From assembly GCA_002452295.1 (NCBI GenBank), contig DKEX01000001.1:29-64028 (forward strand): a DNA stretch of 64,000 nt, written 5' to 3'. The stretch is from Firmicutes bacterium UBA6811. Its GTDB lineage: Bacteria > Bacillota > SHA-98 > UBA4971. Below the pieces are notes generated by a model. It made no database searches, was not told the origin of the DNA, and saw nothing but the letters and a program-made list of their open reading frames with translations. The translations under genes were made by a program, and so were the position numbers. Positions 9,545-19,193 of the stretch are shown one piece after another. Every line of letters begins with the position of its first letter. Within the stretch, counting starts at the first letter, position 1.

Positions 9545-10636
9545 TTACTCCACCATGTCCCAGGTGCGGCCAGGTCGGATCCGCCGCGTGATCTTGCCAA
9601 CGGTCGCGATGCGCTCCTCGGCCAGCCGGTCGGCGGCCTTGTAGGTGGGGATGCCGTCCCGCCTCGATATCTCGGCGACCTTGAGTATCGTATCGTAGAT
9701 GCCGGCCGCCTTTCGCAGCGCCCTCTCGCGGTTATACCCGAAGAGACCGTCCGCCACGTTGATCACGCCGCCGGCGTTGATGATGTAGTCCGGCGCGTAG
9801 AAGATGCCCATATCCTGGAGTATGTCGCCGTGGCGGTCCTCCTTCAACTGGTTGTTGGCCGAGCCTCCTACGATCTTGCACCTGAGATCCGGCAGGGTGT
9901 CGTCGTTGAGAATGGCGCCCAGGGCGCACGGGGCGAAGATGTCGCACTCCACGCCGAAGATGGCGTCGGGCTCCACGGCCTCGGCGCCGAGGTCGCGCAC
10001 GGCCCTCGCGACCTTGTCCGGGAAGATGTCGGTGACGATGAGTTTCGCGCCCTCGTCGCGGAGGTGCTTGCCGAGGTGATAGCCGACGCTGCCCACGCCC
10101 TGGATGGCCACGGTGCGCCCTTTCAGCGAGTCACTGCCGAAGACGGTTTTGGCGCAGGCCGCAAGGCCTCGCCAGACGCCGTACGCCGTCACCGGCCCGG
10201 GGTCGCCGCTGCCGCCGGACGCGGCGGATGAGCCTCCGACCCACCTGGTCTCGCACCGGATGGTCTCCACGTCGTCCACTGTGATGCCGACATCCTCGCC
10301 TGTGATAAACCTGCCGCCGAGAGTGTCCACGAACCGCCCGAACGCCCTGAAGATCTCCTCAGACTTGTCCTTTCTGGAGTCACCGATGATGACGGCCTTG
10401 CCGCCGCCGAAGTTGAGACCGGCCGCGGCGTTCTTGTAGGTCATGCCGCGGGATAGGCGCAGGGCGTCGGTGAGCGCCTCGTCCTCGGTCTTGTAAGGCC
10501 ACATGCGCGTGCCGCCGAGAGCGGGGCCGAGGGTGGTGTCGTGGATCACAATAATCGCCCGCAGGCCCGTGGACGTGTCGCTGCAGAAAAGGACCTGCTC
10601 GTAGTCGTGCTTCTTCATCGCGTCAAACAGGTTCAT
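9545..10636 (-). CDS. Glu/Leu/Phe/Val dehydrogenase family. Leucine (or Val/Phe) dehydrogenase, 364 aa.
   Basis: Catalytic GGGK motif ([12 protein letters not shown]) and a Rossmann GxGxVG ([10 protein letters not shown]). The true start [15 protein letters not shown] at 10636 has the RBS GAGGAGGAAAAAGG. The ORF-track N-terminal extension to 10888 is rejected. Confidence 0.8.
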   Translation of the reverse strand: MNLFDAMKKHDYEQVLFCSDTSTGLRAIIVIHDTTLGPALGGTRMWPYKTEDEALTDALRLSRGMTYKNAAAGLNFGGGKAVIIGDSRKDKSEEIFRAFGRFVDTLGGRFITGEDVGITVDDVETIRCETRWVGGSSAASGGSGDPGPVTAYGVWRGLAACAKTVFGSDSLKGRTVAIQGVGSVGYHLGKHLRDEGAKLIVTDIFPDKVARAVRDLGAEAVEPDAIFGVECDIFAPCALGAILNDDTLPDLRCKIVGGSANNQLKEDRHGDILQDMGIFYAPDYIINAGGVINVADGLFGYNRERALRKAAGIYDTILKVAEISRRDGIPTYKAADRLAEERIATVGKITRRIRPGRTWDMVE

Positions 10637-10864
10637 CCTTTTTCCTCCTCGTCTCGTCTTGAGGGTTCGACAGGGGATCTCTACGTGAGAACTGCCGGCC
10701 GACGAGCCTAGCCGCCCGGACGATACTCTGGCAAGGATGGTTTCCTCCTTTCGGACGACCTGTGGGTGTGTGGGGTTGTATCGGCAGCAGCGCTGCCACT
10801 TAGTTCTTTGGACATATCGGCACAAATTCCTTCTGTGCGGGGGCCCGCTTGGTAGTATTTGTCT

Positions 10865-10893
10865 TGACAGGGAAGCGGGGACGTTCATATACT
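10865..10893 (+). promoter_or_regulatory. Sigma-A promoter TTGACA-17-TATACT upstream of imuB.
   Basis: -35 at 10865-10870 and -10 at 10888-10893. Confidence 0.55.
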
Positions 10894-10900
10894 AATAATG

Positions 10901-10914
10901 CGAACGGGCGTTCG
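10901..10914 (+). promoter_or_regulatory. LexA operator (Cheo/SOS box) CGAACGGGCGTTCG overlapping the transcription start of imuB.
   Basis: Matches the Gram-positive LexA consensus CGAAC-N4-GTTCG. Lies 7 nt downstream of the -10 element. Confidence 0.6.
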
Positions 10915-10944
10915 CCACTATCTGCTTTAGCGAAGGTGATCCTG

Positions 10945-12405
10945 ATGTCCAGGCTGGTGGCGCACCTCTGGGTGCCCGGCTTTTACGCGGTGGCTGAGTG
11001 CATGTTGAGCTGGCAGCCGAAAGATGCGTCTGTGGTGGTCACAAGGGGCAGGCAGGTGCTGGACGCATCGCCGGGTGCGAAAACGAGGGGAATAGAGCCG
11101 GGAATGCCGGTATCGGGGGCACGCCTCATGTGCCCTGAGGTCATCGAGGTGGGCTACGACCCCGGGCGGTACGACGAGCTTGCCGACAGGCTGTGGGAGG
11201 CATGCGCGGGCTATAGCCCGGCGGTGGAGCCTCTCGACCAGCACGAGGCGTTCATCGATCTCGTAGGGGGCCCTGATGTGCCGGGCGTGCTCGGGAGGTT
11301 GTCGCGGGATGTGGAGGCCGTCGTCGGGGTCCGCCCTGTGTTCGGGGTCGCCTGTTGCAAGCTGGTGGCGCGTGTGGCGTCGGGGGTGCTCGAGGAGGCA
11401 AGGCCGGTGCTGATACGGGCCCTGTGTGATAAAACGCCCGGCGCATCCTGTCGCCGGAGGAGGTCGCACCCGCAGGGAGAAGGGCATAGGAGCTATTTTG
11501 CGATGAGCCTGGCGGAGGGACTCCTGGGCAACTTCGTTGCCACCGGCAAGGAGATGGAGTTCCTCGCCCCGATGCCAGTGGGCGTGCTCTGGATCATCGA
11601 CAGGGGCGTGATCGAGCGCCTCCTGCGCCTTGGCGTGCGAACCGTGGGCGAGGCCCGGGCGATGGGGAGATCTGCGCTCGTCGACGTGCTGGGCGAGGCC
11701 GGGTATGCCGTTTACGAGTGTAGCCTCGGCATTGACCGCTCGAAGGTGGCGCCTGTCTATCCGAAAAAGGCCGCAACGTTTCGAAAAGCCTTCGGCGGGG
11801 AGCTCACCGATGCGGCTGTTCTGGCGGAGGCTGTGAAGGACGGCGCTGCATTTATCGAGCGTGAGCTGAAGGCCCGGGCTGCAATGGCCCGAAGGTGGTG
11901 TCTTGAGTTTGAGCTTGCCGGCGGTGCGGGGCGGGTGGCGTGCGAGCGGCGCCTTGCGAAGCCGCCGGAGCTTTATGGGGGCATCGCGGCGATATACAGG
12001 AATCTCTTGAGAAAGGCGCTCGTGCAACCCGGGCCGGCAGCGCAGCGCGGGCCGGCGCGACGTGGGCTGTGCGGCCCTGTGGAGGCGGTATCTCTCACGG
12101 CGACCGATCTCGTGTCTGTGGCAGCCGCATTGCAGGTGGATATGTTCGACCCGCACATGGCCACCAGCCCGGCCAGGGCCATCCATGCGGTCGCAGGCCG
12201 GGTGAGAGAGAAGTTCGGCGCGAAGGGCCTTTTCCCGGCGAGCCTTCTTGAGTGCGATAGAGGAGATAGACTCCTGCTAGCCTGGGAGGGTGGTTTGTAT
12301 CATGAGGAGGGTAAACAGGTCGATTCAGGTTGTGGCGCAACAATACCTGCGCCCGGAGAGGTTCTTCTGGAGACGGAGATGGCTTCGGGTGCTCTCCATT
12401 GTTGA
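10945..12405 (+). CDS. imuB: ImuB-like Y-family polymerase paralog (mutasome accessory subunit). As sequenced it ends in a non-conserved tail, consistent with a +1 frameshift near 12281-12301.
   Basis: UmuC/DinB-like fold (HLWVPGFYAVAE..., VVVTRGRQVLDAS..., IDLVGG) but no obvious catalytic DE carboxylates, as expected for ImuB. Directly upstream of dnaE2 and behind a LexA box. Confidence 0.7.
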   Translation: MSRLVAHLWVPGFYAVAECMLSWQPKDASVVVTRGRQVLDASPGAKTRGIEPGMPVSGARLMCPEVIEVGYDPGRYDELADRLWEACAGYSPAVEPLDQHEAFIDLVGGPDVPGVLGRLSRDVEAVVGVRPVFGVACCKLVARVASGVLEEARPVLIRALCDKTPGASCRRRRSHPQGEGHRSYFAMSLAEGLLGNFVATGKEMEFLAPMPVGVLWIIDRGVIERLLRLGVRTVGEARAMGRSALVDVLGEAGYAVYECSLGIDRSKVAPVYPKKAATFRKAFGGELTDAAVLAEAVKDGAAFIERELKARAAMARRWCLEFELAGGAGRVACERRLAKPPELYGGIAAIYRNLLRKALVQPGPAAQRGPARRGLCGPVEAVSLTATDLVSVAAALQVDMFDPHMATSPARAIHAVAGRVREKFGAKGLFPASLLECDRGDRLLLAWEGGLYHEEGKQVDSGCGATIPAPGEVLLETEMASGALHC

Positions 12406-12544
12406 CGAATGGCGCGAGGTGGGCAACTGGTGGGATGGGGAAGGGGAGAAGCGGTTTTACGCCGTGCTCGCAGACAACGGGGGCATCTACGAGGTCTGTT
12501 GCGACGAGCGGGGCTCCTGGCGCCTTGTGAAGATATTCGACTAG
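12281..12544 (+). CDS. imuB: Conserved ImuB C-terminal domain, encoded in the +1 frame relative to the imuB body.
   Basis: Frame-2 translation IQVVAQQYLRPERFFWRRRWLRVLSIVDEWREVGNWW...YAVLADNGGIYEVCCDERGSWRLVKIFD aligns with the W/R-rich ImuB C-terminus recalled from other species (...RPLRLHWRGRWHRV...GEWW...YYRVE...W.L.G.F). Frame 2 opens after a TAG at 12278-12280. Confidence 0.55.
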   Translation, partial: PGRVVCIMRRVNRSIQVVAQQYLRPERFFWRRRWLRVLSIVDEWREVGNWWDGEGEKRFYAVLADNGGIYEVCCDERGSWRLVKIFD

Positions 12545-12963
12545 CGCCGCTCTGCTGTGTGTGGGTTCACAAGTTTGCCCCAGTTTTCCAGCGGATTCCG
12601 GGTTGCCGGTGTTGCGCTCGGGGGACGGCGCCCTTGCGGGGCGCCTCGTTAGATTTGGCGTTCAGGCCTGCCAAATCTTCAACGCCCCCTCGCGCAAGCA
12701 CCGGCAACCCCTGGAAAAGTGGCAATGATCTTTGAGCTCACACCTGGCGCGTGGCGATGTGTGATTCGTTTGTCTATGGATGAGCAACCTCGAAGTCGCA
12801 GATGGCCATGTTGGGGAAGGCTCGGCCCGGCCCCGGGCCGGCTTGTCTGGAGCCGCTATGTGGGGCGCGGCTGTGTATCCGGTGAGGCAGCGCCTTACGA
12901 GGTGGTGGTCTTCTCCAGGCGAGGCGGGTGCCAGGGTGCGGGCGTTTTCTTAAGGAGGACGCC

Positions 12964-15900
12964 ATGGGGAAGTTCGTACATCTTCACGTGCACTCGCACT
13001 TTTCCTTCCTCGACGGGGCGTCGAGCGTTGAGGCGCTTGTGAAGGCCGCGGCGGATCTCGGAATGGACGCCATCACCATTACGGACCACGACAACCTCTC
13101 AGCGGCGGCGAGGCTCGCCCGGGCCGCCAGGCAGCATGGGATAAAGCCCATCCACGGCGTGGAGGTCACCCTCGAGGACGGAAGCCACCTGGTGCTTCTG
13201 GCGGAGGACCCTCGGGGGTATGCCAGCATCTGCTCGATTCTCACCGAGGCTTATATGTCGAGAGACTGGCAGGAGGCCCTTGTGGGCGGCGGCGGACCGC
13301 CATTTTCCGGGAGCCCCGGCGATACGGTACCAGGATCTCCCGATCGAGCGCTCCTGGCGGCGGGGGACAGGGCCGTGGTGGAGTTTGCCAGGCGCCGTCT
13401 GGCACCGAGGGTGCCCCTGTCCTCGCTCGAAGAGCATCACAGGGGGGTCATAGCGCTCTCCGGGTGTGTTGTGCGCGGCGCCGTCTCTGCGCTCGTCAGG
13501 GCGGACAGGCACAGGCAGGCGCTCGAGCTCGCCAGGCGATGCGCGGGCATTTTCGGGCGAGATAGCTTCTACATCGAGGTTGAGAGCCCCCGCATCCCTG
13601 GGGGCGACCGCCTCATCTCATGCCTCGTTGAGCTCGCAGGAGAGGTCGGGGTGGGCGTGGTGGCCACGAGCGACGTCCACTACTGTAGGAAGTCGGATTT
13701 CGCTGTACATGACGTCCTCACATGCATCCGCACGCTGACGCGCCTCGACGACGTGCATCCTGAGCGCAGGCTCAACGCGGAAAACTACCTCAAGCCCGCC
13801 GGGGAGATGGAGGCCCTCTTTCGCCGCTACCCGGAGGCGGTGGCGGCGGCGGGCGATATCGCCGACCGGTGCGCGCCCGGCCTTGCGCTTGACCAGAGGC
13901 TCTTTCCGACGTTCGTCCCTCCAGAAGGGACGTCCGCCGAATACCTCCGGCACCTTGTGTACGAAGGCGCGACCTCGCGCTACGGAAGCCTCACCCCGGC
14001 GATAAGGGCGCGGCTCGACCACGAGCTGGACGTCATATGCACCCTCGGCTACGAGGACTATTTCCTCATGGTGTGGGACGTCGCAAACTTCGCCCGGAAG
14101 AGGCGCATCCGGTTCGCAGGAAGGGGCTCCGCGGCGGACTCGGCGGTGGCGTATTGCCTCTTTATAACCAGCGTGGATCCAATCGCCCGCGGCCTGCTCT
14201 TCGAGAGGTTTCTCAGCCTCGAGCGGGCGCAGAAACCCGACATCGACATCGACTTCGACGCGCGCAGGAGGGACGAGGTGCGTGACTACCTGCAGCGGAA
14301 GTACGGGCCCGGGCGCGTGGCGACGGTGTGCACCTTCAACACGTTCCAGGCGAGATCGGCCGTGCGCGACGCGGGCAAGGCCATGGGGCTGCCTTCCCAG
14401 GACATCGACCGGCTTGCGAAGCGCCTCCCACACATGTGCGCGGACGAGATCAGGGCGGCCTGCGAGAGATACCCCGAGATCCGCGAAAGCGGCATCCCGC
14501 TCGAGAAATACTCGCGCCTATTCGACATATGCCAGGCCCTGGCGGGCGTGCCGCGCCACATCGGCACCCACCTGGGCGGGGTGGTGGTGAGCAGGGTGCC
14601 GCTCGTGCAGGTGACCCCGCTGCAAATGGCGGCGCGGGGCGTGGTCATTACCCAGTTCGACAAGGACGACGTGGAGGAGGTTGGCCTCATCAAGCTGGAT
14701 CTGCTGTCGCTACGCATGCTCTCGGCGGTTGAGGACTCCGTAGAGTCGAGCGGCGTTGACTACCAGCGTATACCCCTTGACGACAGGGCCACGTTCGGGA
14801 TGCTGAACGCCGGGGAGACCATAGGAGCGTTCCAGCTCGAAAGCCCGGCGCAGCGGGCGCTCCAGGGGCGCCTGGGGGCGAGCGCCATGGAGGACATCGT
14901 GGCGAGCGTCGCCCTCATCCGCCCGGGGCCGGTCCAGGGGAACATGGTGGAGCCGTTCATCGCAAGGCGGCGGGGGCTTGAAGACGTAACCTTTGCCCAT
15001 CCCAGTCTCGAGAGAATCCTCAAGAAGACGTATGGGGTGGTGCTTTATCAGGAGCAGGTGATCGAGATCGCAACGGCGGTGGCGGGGTTCACCCCGGGGG
15101 AGTCCGACCGCCTGAGGAAGGTCATGACCCACTACCGCTCCAGGGCGGAGATGGACGAGATAGGCAGGGAATTCGTTAAGAAGGCCGTGGAACATGGGGC
15201 GTCGCGCGAGGTGGCCGAGACGGTGTTATCATACATAGTCGCATACGCAGGCTATGGCTTCTGCGAGGCCCACGCCGCCGCCTTTGCGGACACCGCCTAC
15301 AAGACGTCCTACCTTCTACGGCACTTCCCTGCGGAGTTCTACGCGGCCATCCTGAACAACCAGCCCATGGGGTTCTATCCGCCAAACACCATATGCGTGG
15401 AGGCCAGGCGGCGCGGGGTCCGGATCCTGCCGGTCGACATAAACAGGAGCGCCGCGGGGTTCAGCGTGGAGGACGGGGCGATACGGGTGGGGCTTCTTCG
15501 GGTGCGCGGCATGAACGAGGAAACCGCCGCAAGGATAGTCGAATCCCGGGGCCCGGCCGGGTATGCCTCCGTCGACGACTTCTGCGCGCGGGTGCCCGTG
15601 GACCGGGCCATCCTCGAGAACCTGGTCCTCGGCGGGGCGTTCGACTCCATCCACCCCAACCGCAGGGCGGTACTGTGGAAGATCCCGGGGATGTTGCGAA
15701 GAGCCGGGCCAGGGGGCAGCGACGGGGATCTGAACCCGGGGGACGTTTGCGGCGATGATGCCCTCGATCCACGCCTGCATTTGCCCTTGCTCCCGCCCTC
15801 CCATGAGCGAGGTGGGCAGCTGGGCGCGATGGAGGATAGGGGATCTGCGGCAGCGGTGAGGGAGATCCCGGACTTCCCGGAGGTTGACAGGTTCAAGCAC

Positions 15901-16272
15901 GAGTTCCGCATACTCGGCCTTCATCCCACCAGGCACCCGATGGAATTCTACCGCAGCCGCCTGGCCCGGGCCGGGGTGCTCACGGCCGCCTCCGCGAAGG
16001 AGGAGGAACCCGGCACCGTCGTGCAGGTGGCCGGGGTGGTGATAAGGCCTCACAGGCCCCCGACTCGGAGCGGGAAGATCGTGGTTTTTTTCTCTCTCGA
16101 GGATGAGACGGGCCTCATCGACGTGACGGTGTTCGAGCACGTGTACAGGCGGTGCGGCGGAGTCGTGTTCACGAGCCCTGTCCTCGTTGCGGAAGGGCGC
16201 GTGGAGCGCCGGGGGAGCACTACGAGCATAACTTCGTACGACATGAAAAAGGATCTCCCAGGCCGGTATTGA
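12964..16272 (+). CDS. dnaE2: Error-prone DNA polymerase III alpha-subunit paralog DnaE2 (ImuC).
   Basis: N-terminal PHP domain HLHVHSHFSFLDGAS and a pol III alpha core (GFCEAHAAAFA, OB-fold region). ATG at 12964 follows AAGGAGG. Co-localised with imuB. Confidence 0.85.
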   Translation: MGKFVHLHVHSHFSFLDGASSVEALVKAAADLGMDAITITDHDNLSAAARLARAARQHGIKPIHGVEVTLEDGSHLVLLAEDPRGYASICSILTEAYMSRDWQEALVGGGGPPFSGSPGDTVPGSPDRALLAAGDRAVVEFARRRLAPRVPLSSLEEHHRGVIALSGCVVRGAVSALVRADRHRQALELARRCAGIFGRDSFYIEVESPRIPGGDRLISCLVELAGEVGVGVVATSDVHYCRKSDFAVHDVLTCIRTLTRLDDVHPERRLNAENYLKPAGEMEALFRRYPEAVAAAGDIADRCAPGLALDQRLFPTFVPPEGTSAEYLRHLVYEGATSRYGSLTPAIRARLDHELDVICTLGYEDYFLMVWDVANFARKRRIRFAGRGSAADSAVAYCLFITSVDPIARGLLFERFLSLERAQKPDIDIDFDARRRDEVRDYLQRKYGPGRVATVCTFNTFQARSAVRDAGKAMGLPSQDIDRLAKRLPHMCADEIRAACERYPEIRESGIPLEKYSRLFDICQALAGVPRHIGTHLGGVVVSRVPLVQVTPLQMAARGVVITQFDKDDVEEVGLIKLDLLSLRMLSAVEDSVESSGVDYQRIPLDDRATFGMLNAGETIGAFQLESPAQRALQGRLGASAMEDIVASVALIRPGPVQGNMVEPFIARRRGLEDVTFAHPSLERILKKTYGVVLYQEQVIEIATAVAGFTPGESDRLRKVMTHYRSRAEMDEIGREFVKKAVEHGASREVAETVLSYIVAYAGYGFCEAHAAAFADTAYKTSYLLRHFPAEFYAAILNNQPMGFYPPNTICVEARRRGVRILPVDINRSAAGFSVEDGAIRVGLLRVRGMNEETAARIVESRGPAGYASVDDFCARVPVDRAILENLVLGGAFDSIHPNRRAVLWKIPGMLRRAGPGGSDGDLNPGDVCGDDALDPRLHLPLLPPSHERGGQLGAMEDRGSAAAVREIPDFPEVDRFKHEFRILGLHPTRHPMEFYRSRLARAGVLTAASAKEEEPGTVVQVAGVVIRPHRPPTRSGKIVVFFSLEDETGLIDVTVFEHVYRRCGGVVFTSPVLVAEGRVERRGSTTSITSYDMKKDLPGRY

Positions 16273-16523
16273 ACTACATACTACGGCAAGTCATGGGAAA
16301 ACCCGGGCCTGCGGCAAGCACCGTGCGTGCCTCTCTCCCGCGCCGGCGGATGTCGGCAAACAGCTCTCCTGCCAGCAGGGGCCTTGCCTATGAGGCAGGC
16401 GCCCTGTCGGGGGGCCGGGCGTCCGGAGCAAGCGGACCACACTCTACGAAGGGGGGCAAGCCGCATTCATCCGTCGCTCGAAAGCGACGGGCTCCTGCGG
16501 CGATTTCAATGGTCGGAAGAAGG

Positions 16524-17597
16524 ATGTTCGCGGTCGTACTCATCCTCGTTGGCCTTGTGATGCTCGCCAACAACCTGGGCCTCATCGCGTGGAGCGTGCG
16601 GGACGCATTTCGCGTCCTGTGGCCGGTCCTTCTCGTGTTGTTTGGGCTGTCTCTCGTCTTCGAGGGGAGCGGCTTCCGGGCGCTCGGTGGATGGCTCATC
16701 GTCATCGTGCTGGTCCTGATACTGGGCGGTGCGATGGCCCTGCGGGCCGGCTGGGTTCCCGACGGTCGGCTGTGGCGAGCATCTGAGGCGAAGACGAGGT
16801 CGTTCGAGGTGCCTGCCGCGGCGTACGAGCCTGAGGCGGTCCGCCTGCGGATCTCGCTCGGCTCCAGCCGGGTGATGCTTGGCGAGAGCGAGAGGCCGGG
16901 CTTGCTGTTCACCCGAGCAACCTACTATATGCCCGAGGACGAGCCACGCCTCTCTCAAAGGATGTCAGGGGGAACGCTGGTACTGGACTACACCGAGAAG
17001 GGCGGCCGCACGTTTGGCATCCGCTTTTCGCATCCCCAGGACACGCACGAGGTCCAGCTCGGCGAATTTGGCGTCGCCACCGACATCCTCATGGATTTAG
17101 GCTCTGGTGACGGCACCGTGGAGCTGGGTCGCACCAGGGTTCGAGAGTTGCGCCTGGATATCGGCAGCGGCACGCTGTTGTGCCGGGCGACGGGGGCCCT
17201 TGCCGAACCAAGCGAGGCCTTTACATGCGAGGTGGGCTCGGGAAGCGTGGAGGTCGTCAGGCTAGGTGATTTCAAGCCGCGCGATGTTGAGGTGAAAGTT
17301 GGCTCCGGGAGCGCCAGGGTGGACCTCGACGGGGGGTGGGTGTCAGGGGTTGTGGACGTGAGACTGGATGTTGGCTCCGGGGAGCTTGAGGTCAGGATAC
17401 CTGCGGAAGCGGGGTTCACGATAACCGGCCGCAAAGCATCGGGCACTGTGTACGTCGATGGACGACGCTACCAGGACCGGGAATTCGAGCACTCTGAACG
17501 TTTTGACACAGCCCCGGTGAAGTTGCGTGTCATCGCGGATGTCGGCTCGGGCGAGCTTAGGGTGCGGACGATTCGTGCGGGTGGAACGGAGGTATAA
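16524..17597 (+). CDS. Membrane protein with a C-terminal DUF4097/LiaF-like beta-helix repeat domain.
   Basis: 4-5 N-terminal TM helices (FAVVLILVGLVMLANNLGLIAW...), then repeated D[IV]GSG[ET]L/V units (DIGSGTLL, EVGSGSVEV, KVGSGSARV, DVGSGELEV, DVGSGELRV). ATG at 16524 follows GGAAGAAGG. Confidence 0.5.
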   Translation: MFAVVLILVGLVMLANNLGLIAWSVRDAFRVLWPVLLVLFGLSLVFEGSGFRALGGWLIVIVLVLILGGAMALRAGWVPDGRLWRASEAKTRSFEVPAAAYEPEAVRLRISLGSSRVMLGESERPGLLFTRATYYMPEDEPRLSQRMSGGTLVLDYTEKGGRTFGIRFSHPQDTHEVQLGEFGVATDILMDLGSGDGTVELGRTRVRELRLDIGSGTLLCRATGALAEPSEAFTCEVGSGSVEVVRLGDFKPRDVEVKVGSGSARVDLDGGWVSGVVDVRLDVGSGELEVRIPAEAGFTITGRKASGTVYVDGRRYQDREFEHSERFDTAPVKLRVIADVGSGELRVRTIRAGGTEV

Positions 17598-17679
17598 GGG
17601 GAGCCGGGCGGCCGCGTGATGGTCGCCCGGCCGTCGCCGGTTCCCTGGTGGGCCCGGATGCCGGGGTCACCAGATGAGG

Positions 17680-18594
17680 TTACGCGGCCACGCTACTCTG
17701 GTAGCGGTACACCATTCGCGAGATCTCAGCGATTGTGGCGAAACCCTGGTCAATGTCAGGAACGTTCTTTGACAGTACGACAAGGATATACGGTCTCCGT
17801 GCGAAGACGACACCAACATCATTGGCGACCGCCGATACGTCGCCCTCCTTGTGCGGTACTACCACCTGCGGCGGCAGCTTTCCCGGCAAGCCGACGTGGT
17901 AGATGGGGTGCGCCATGTCATCCAGGAGGCGCGACCCGAGATCCGGATGGGCTCGCTCGAAATCGAGCACACCCTGAATGTACGCTGCCATGTCCTTTGC
18001 ACACGTGATGTTCTGTCCATCCGGGAACACGATCTCCCCACCGAGGTCCCGCATGAACGCTGCGATGTTGTCCTTTCCGAGGTGTCGAACCAGCATACGG
18101 TACGCTACATTATCGCTGATCGTGATGGCCAGGTTCGCCAGTGTGCGAAGGGAGTAGCTGTCTCCATCCCTCGCTGAGAACTGCAATATCCCGGCGCCAT
18201 CCTGGTAGTCTGTGGCGCCGTTGTACACGACGCGGTCGTCCCAGCTTGCCCGGCCCTCGGCGACGAGGTGGTTCAGGTAGAGCACCGCAGGCACCTTTAC
18301 GGTGCTTGCTGCGGTAATGGGCTCGCGTTCGTTGATCCCGAAGCTTGTCCCTGACATGAGGTCGCGGAAATACACGCCGTACACCGCGGGCTGCGACCCC
18401 ATATACGTCTCGAGCTCAGCTTTGAGCGGTCTGTAATCAGGTTGCGCTATCAATGAGACTGCGTCGGTGCCGACACCGCTGCCGACGGGAGCGTCGTGGC
18501 CCATCGAGACAACCCAGTACAGCGATGCAGCGCCCACAAGAACCACCACAACGGCAAGGCCGAGTATGCGGTACGCACGGCTTCTCATGAGCAT
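17680..18594 (-). CDS. Class A beta-lactamase-like serine hydrolase (PF13354-like), membrane-anchored or secreted.
   Basis: SxxK motif ASTVKVP, SDN motif, signal/anchor RILGLAVVVVLVGAA. ATG at 18594 follows AAGGAGG. The KTG box is replaced by KEGD, so true beta-lactamase activity is uncertain. Confidence 0.6.
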   Translation of the reverse strand: MLMRSRAYRILGLAVVVVLVGAASLYWVVSMGHDAPVGSGVGTDAVSLIAQPDYRPLKAELETYMGSQPAVYGVYFRDLMSGTSFGINEREPITAASTVKVPAVLYLNHLVAEGRASWDDRVVYNGATDYQDGAGILQFSARDGDSYSLRTLANLAITISDNVAYRMLVRHLGKDNIAAFMRDLGGEIVFPDGQNITCAKDMAAYIQGVLDFERAHPDLGSRLLDDMAHPIYHVGLPGKLPPQVVVPHKEGDVSAVANDVGVVFARRPYILVVLSKNVPDIDQGFATIAEISRMVYRYQSSVAA

Positions 18595-19193
18595 CCTCCT
18601 TTCTCTCGAGGTCACCACTTTATTATACGACCCGCGGCAACGGGTGACCATGGTAGTTTGTGGCTGGGCCAGCGCGTTGGAGAGCCATGGCAGTCAGCGG
18701 GCCAGGAATCGGCCCGGGAAGGGCGGTTTCCTGGTGCTCCGGGCGACCAGCCGACACTCGGGTTTGAGGCGCGCCGGACGGAGCGGTGCGAAATCCGCAC
18801 CAGGGGCGCGCCGGGCGGAAGGAAAACTGAAAGTCATGTGGAACTAGAATCTACGGCTGGGGCGAACTGGCAGCGAATCCACTGACGGCTCTGGACGAGC
18901 AGGATAGAACTGAATCGGGTTCGACAAGTTTACCCTGATCCGGAAGGATTCCACGCAAGTAGAGCGAATTATGGTAAGGCGAATCATCGGGTAGACCCAT
19001 GCAGTGATTACTTCCGCAATTTTCAGTCTGTCAACGACTCACAACTGTACGTCATGCGGACTAGTTCAGCGAAGGAGGTGGTGAGCAGGCTATCAGAGGA
19101 GGGCCTGGTGGTCTGTCTTGCGCTCTTGAAGAGATCGGGAGCAGAGGGTTCCGGAGAACAACTTTGGGAAGGTAAGAAGGAGGCTAGGCTTCA

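Noticed and set aside
10637-10888. N-terminal 84-codon extension of the leucine dehydrogenase ORF.
   Set aside because: The true start MNLFDAM at 10636 has a strong GGAGG RBS. The extension would run through the imuB promoter and LexA box and has no homology.
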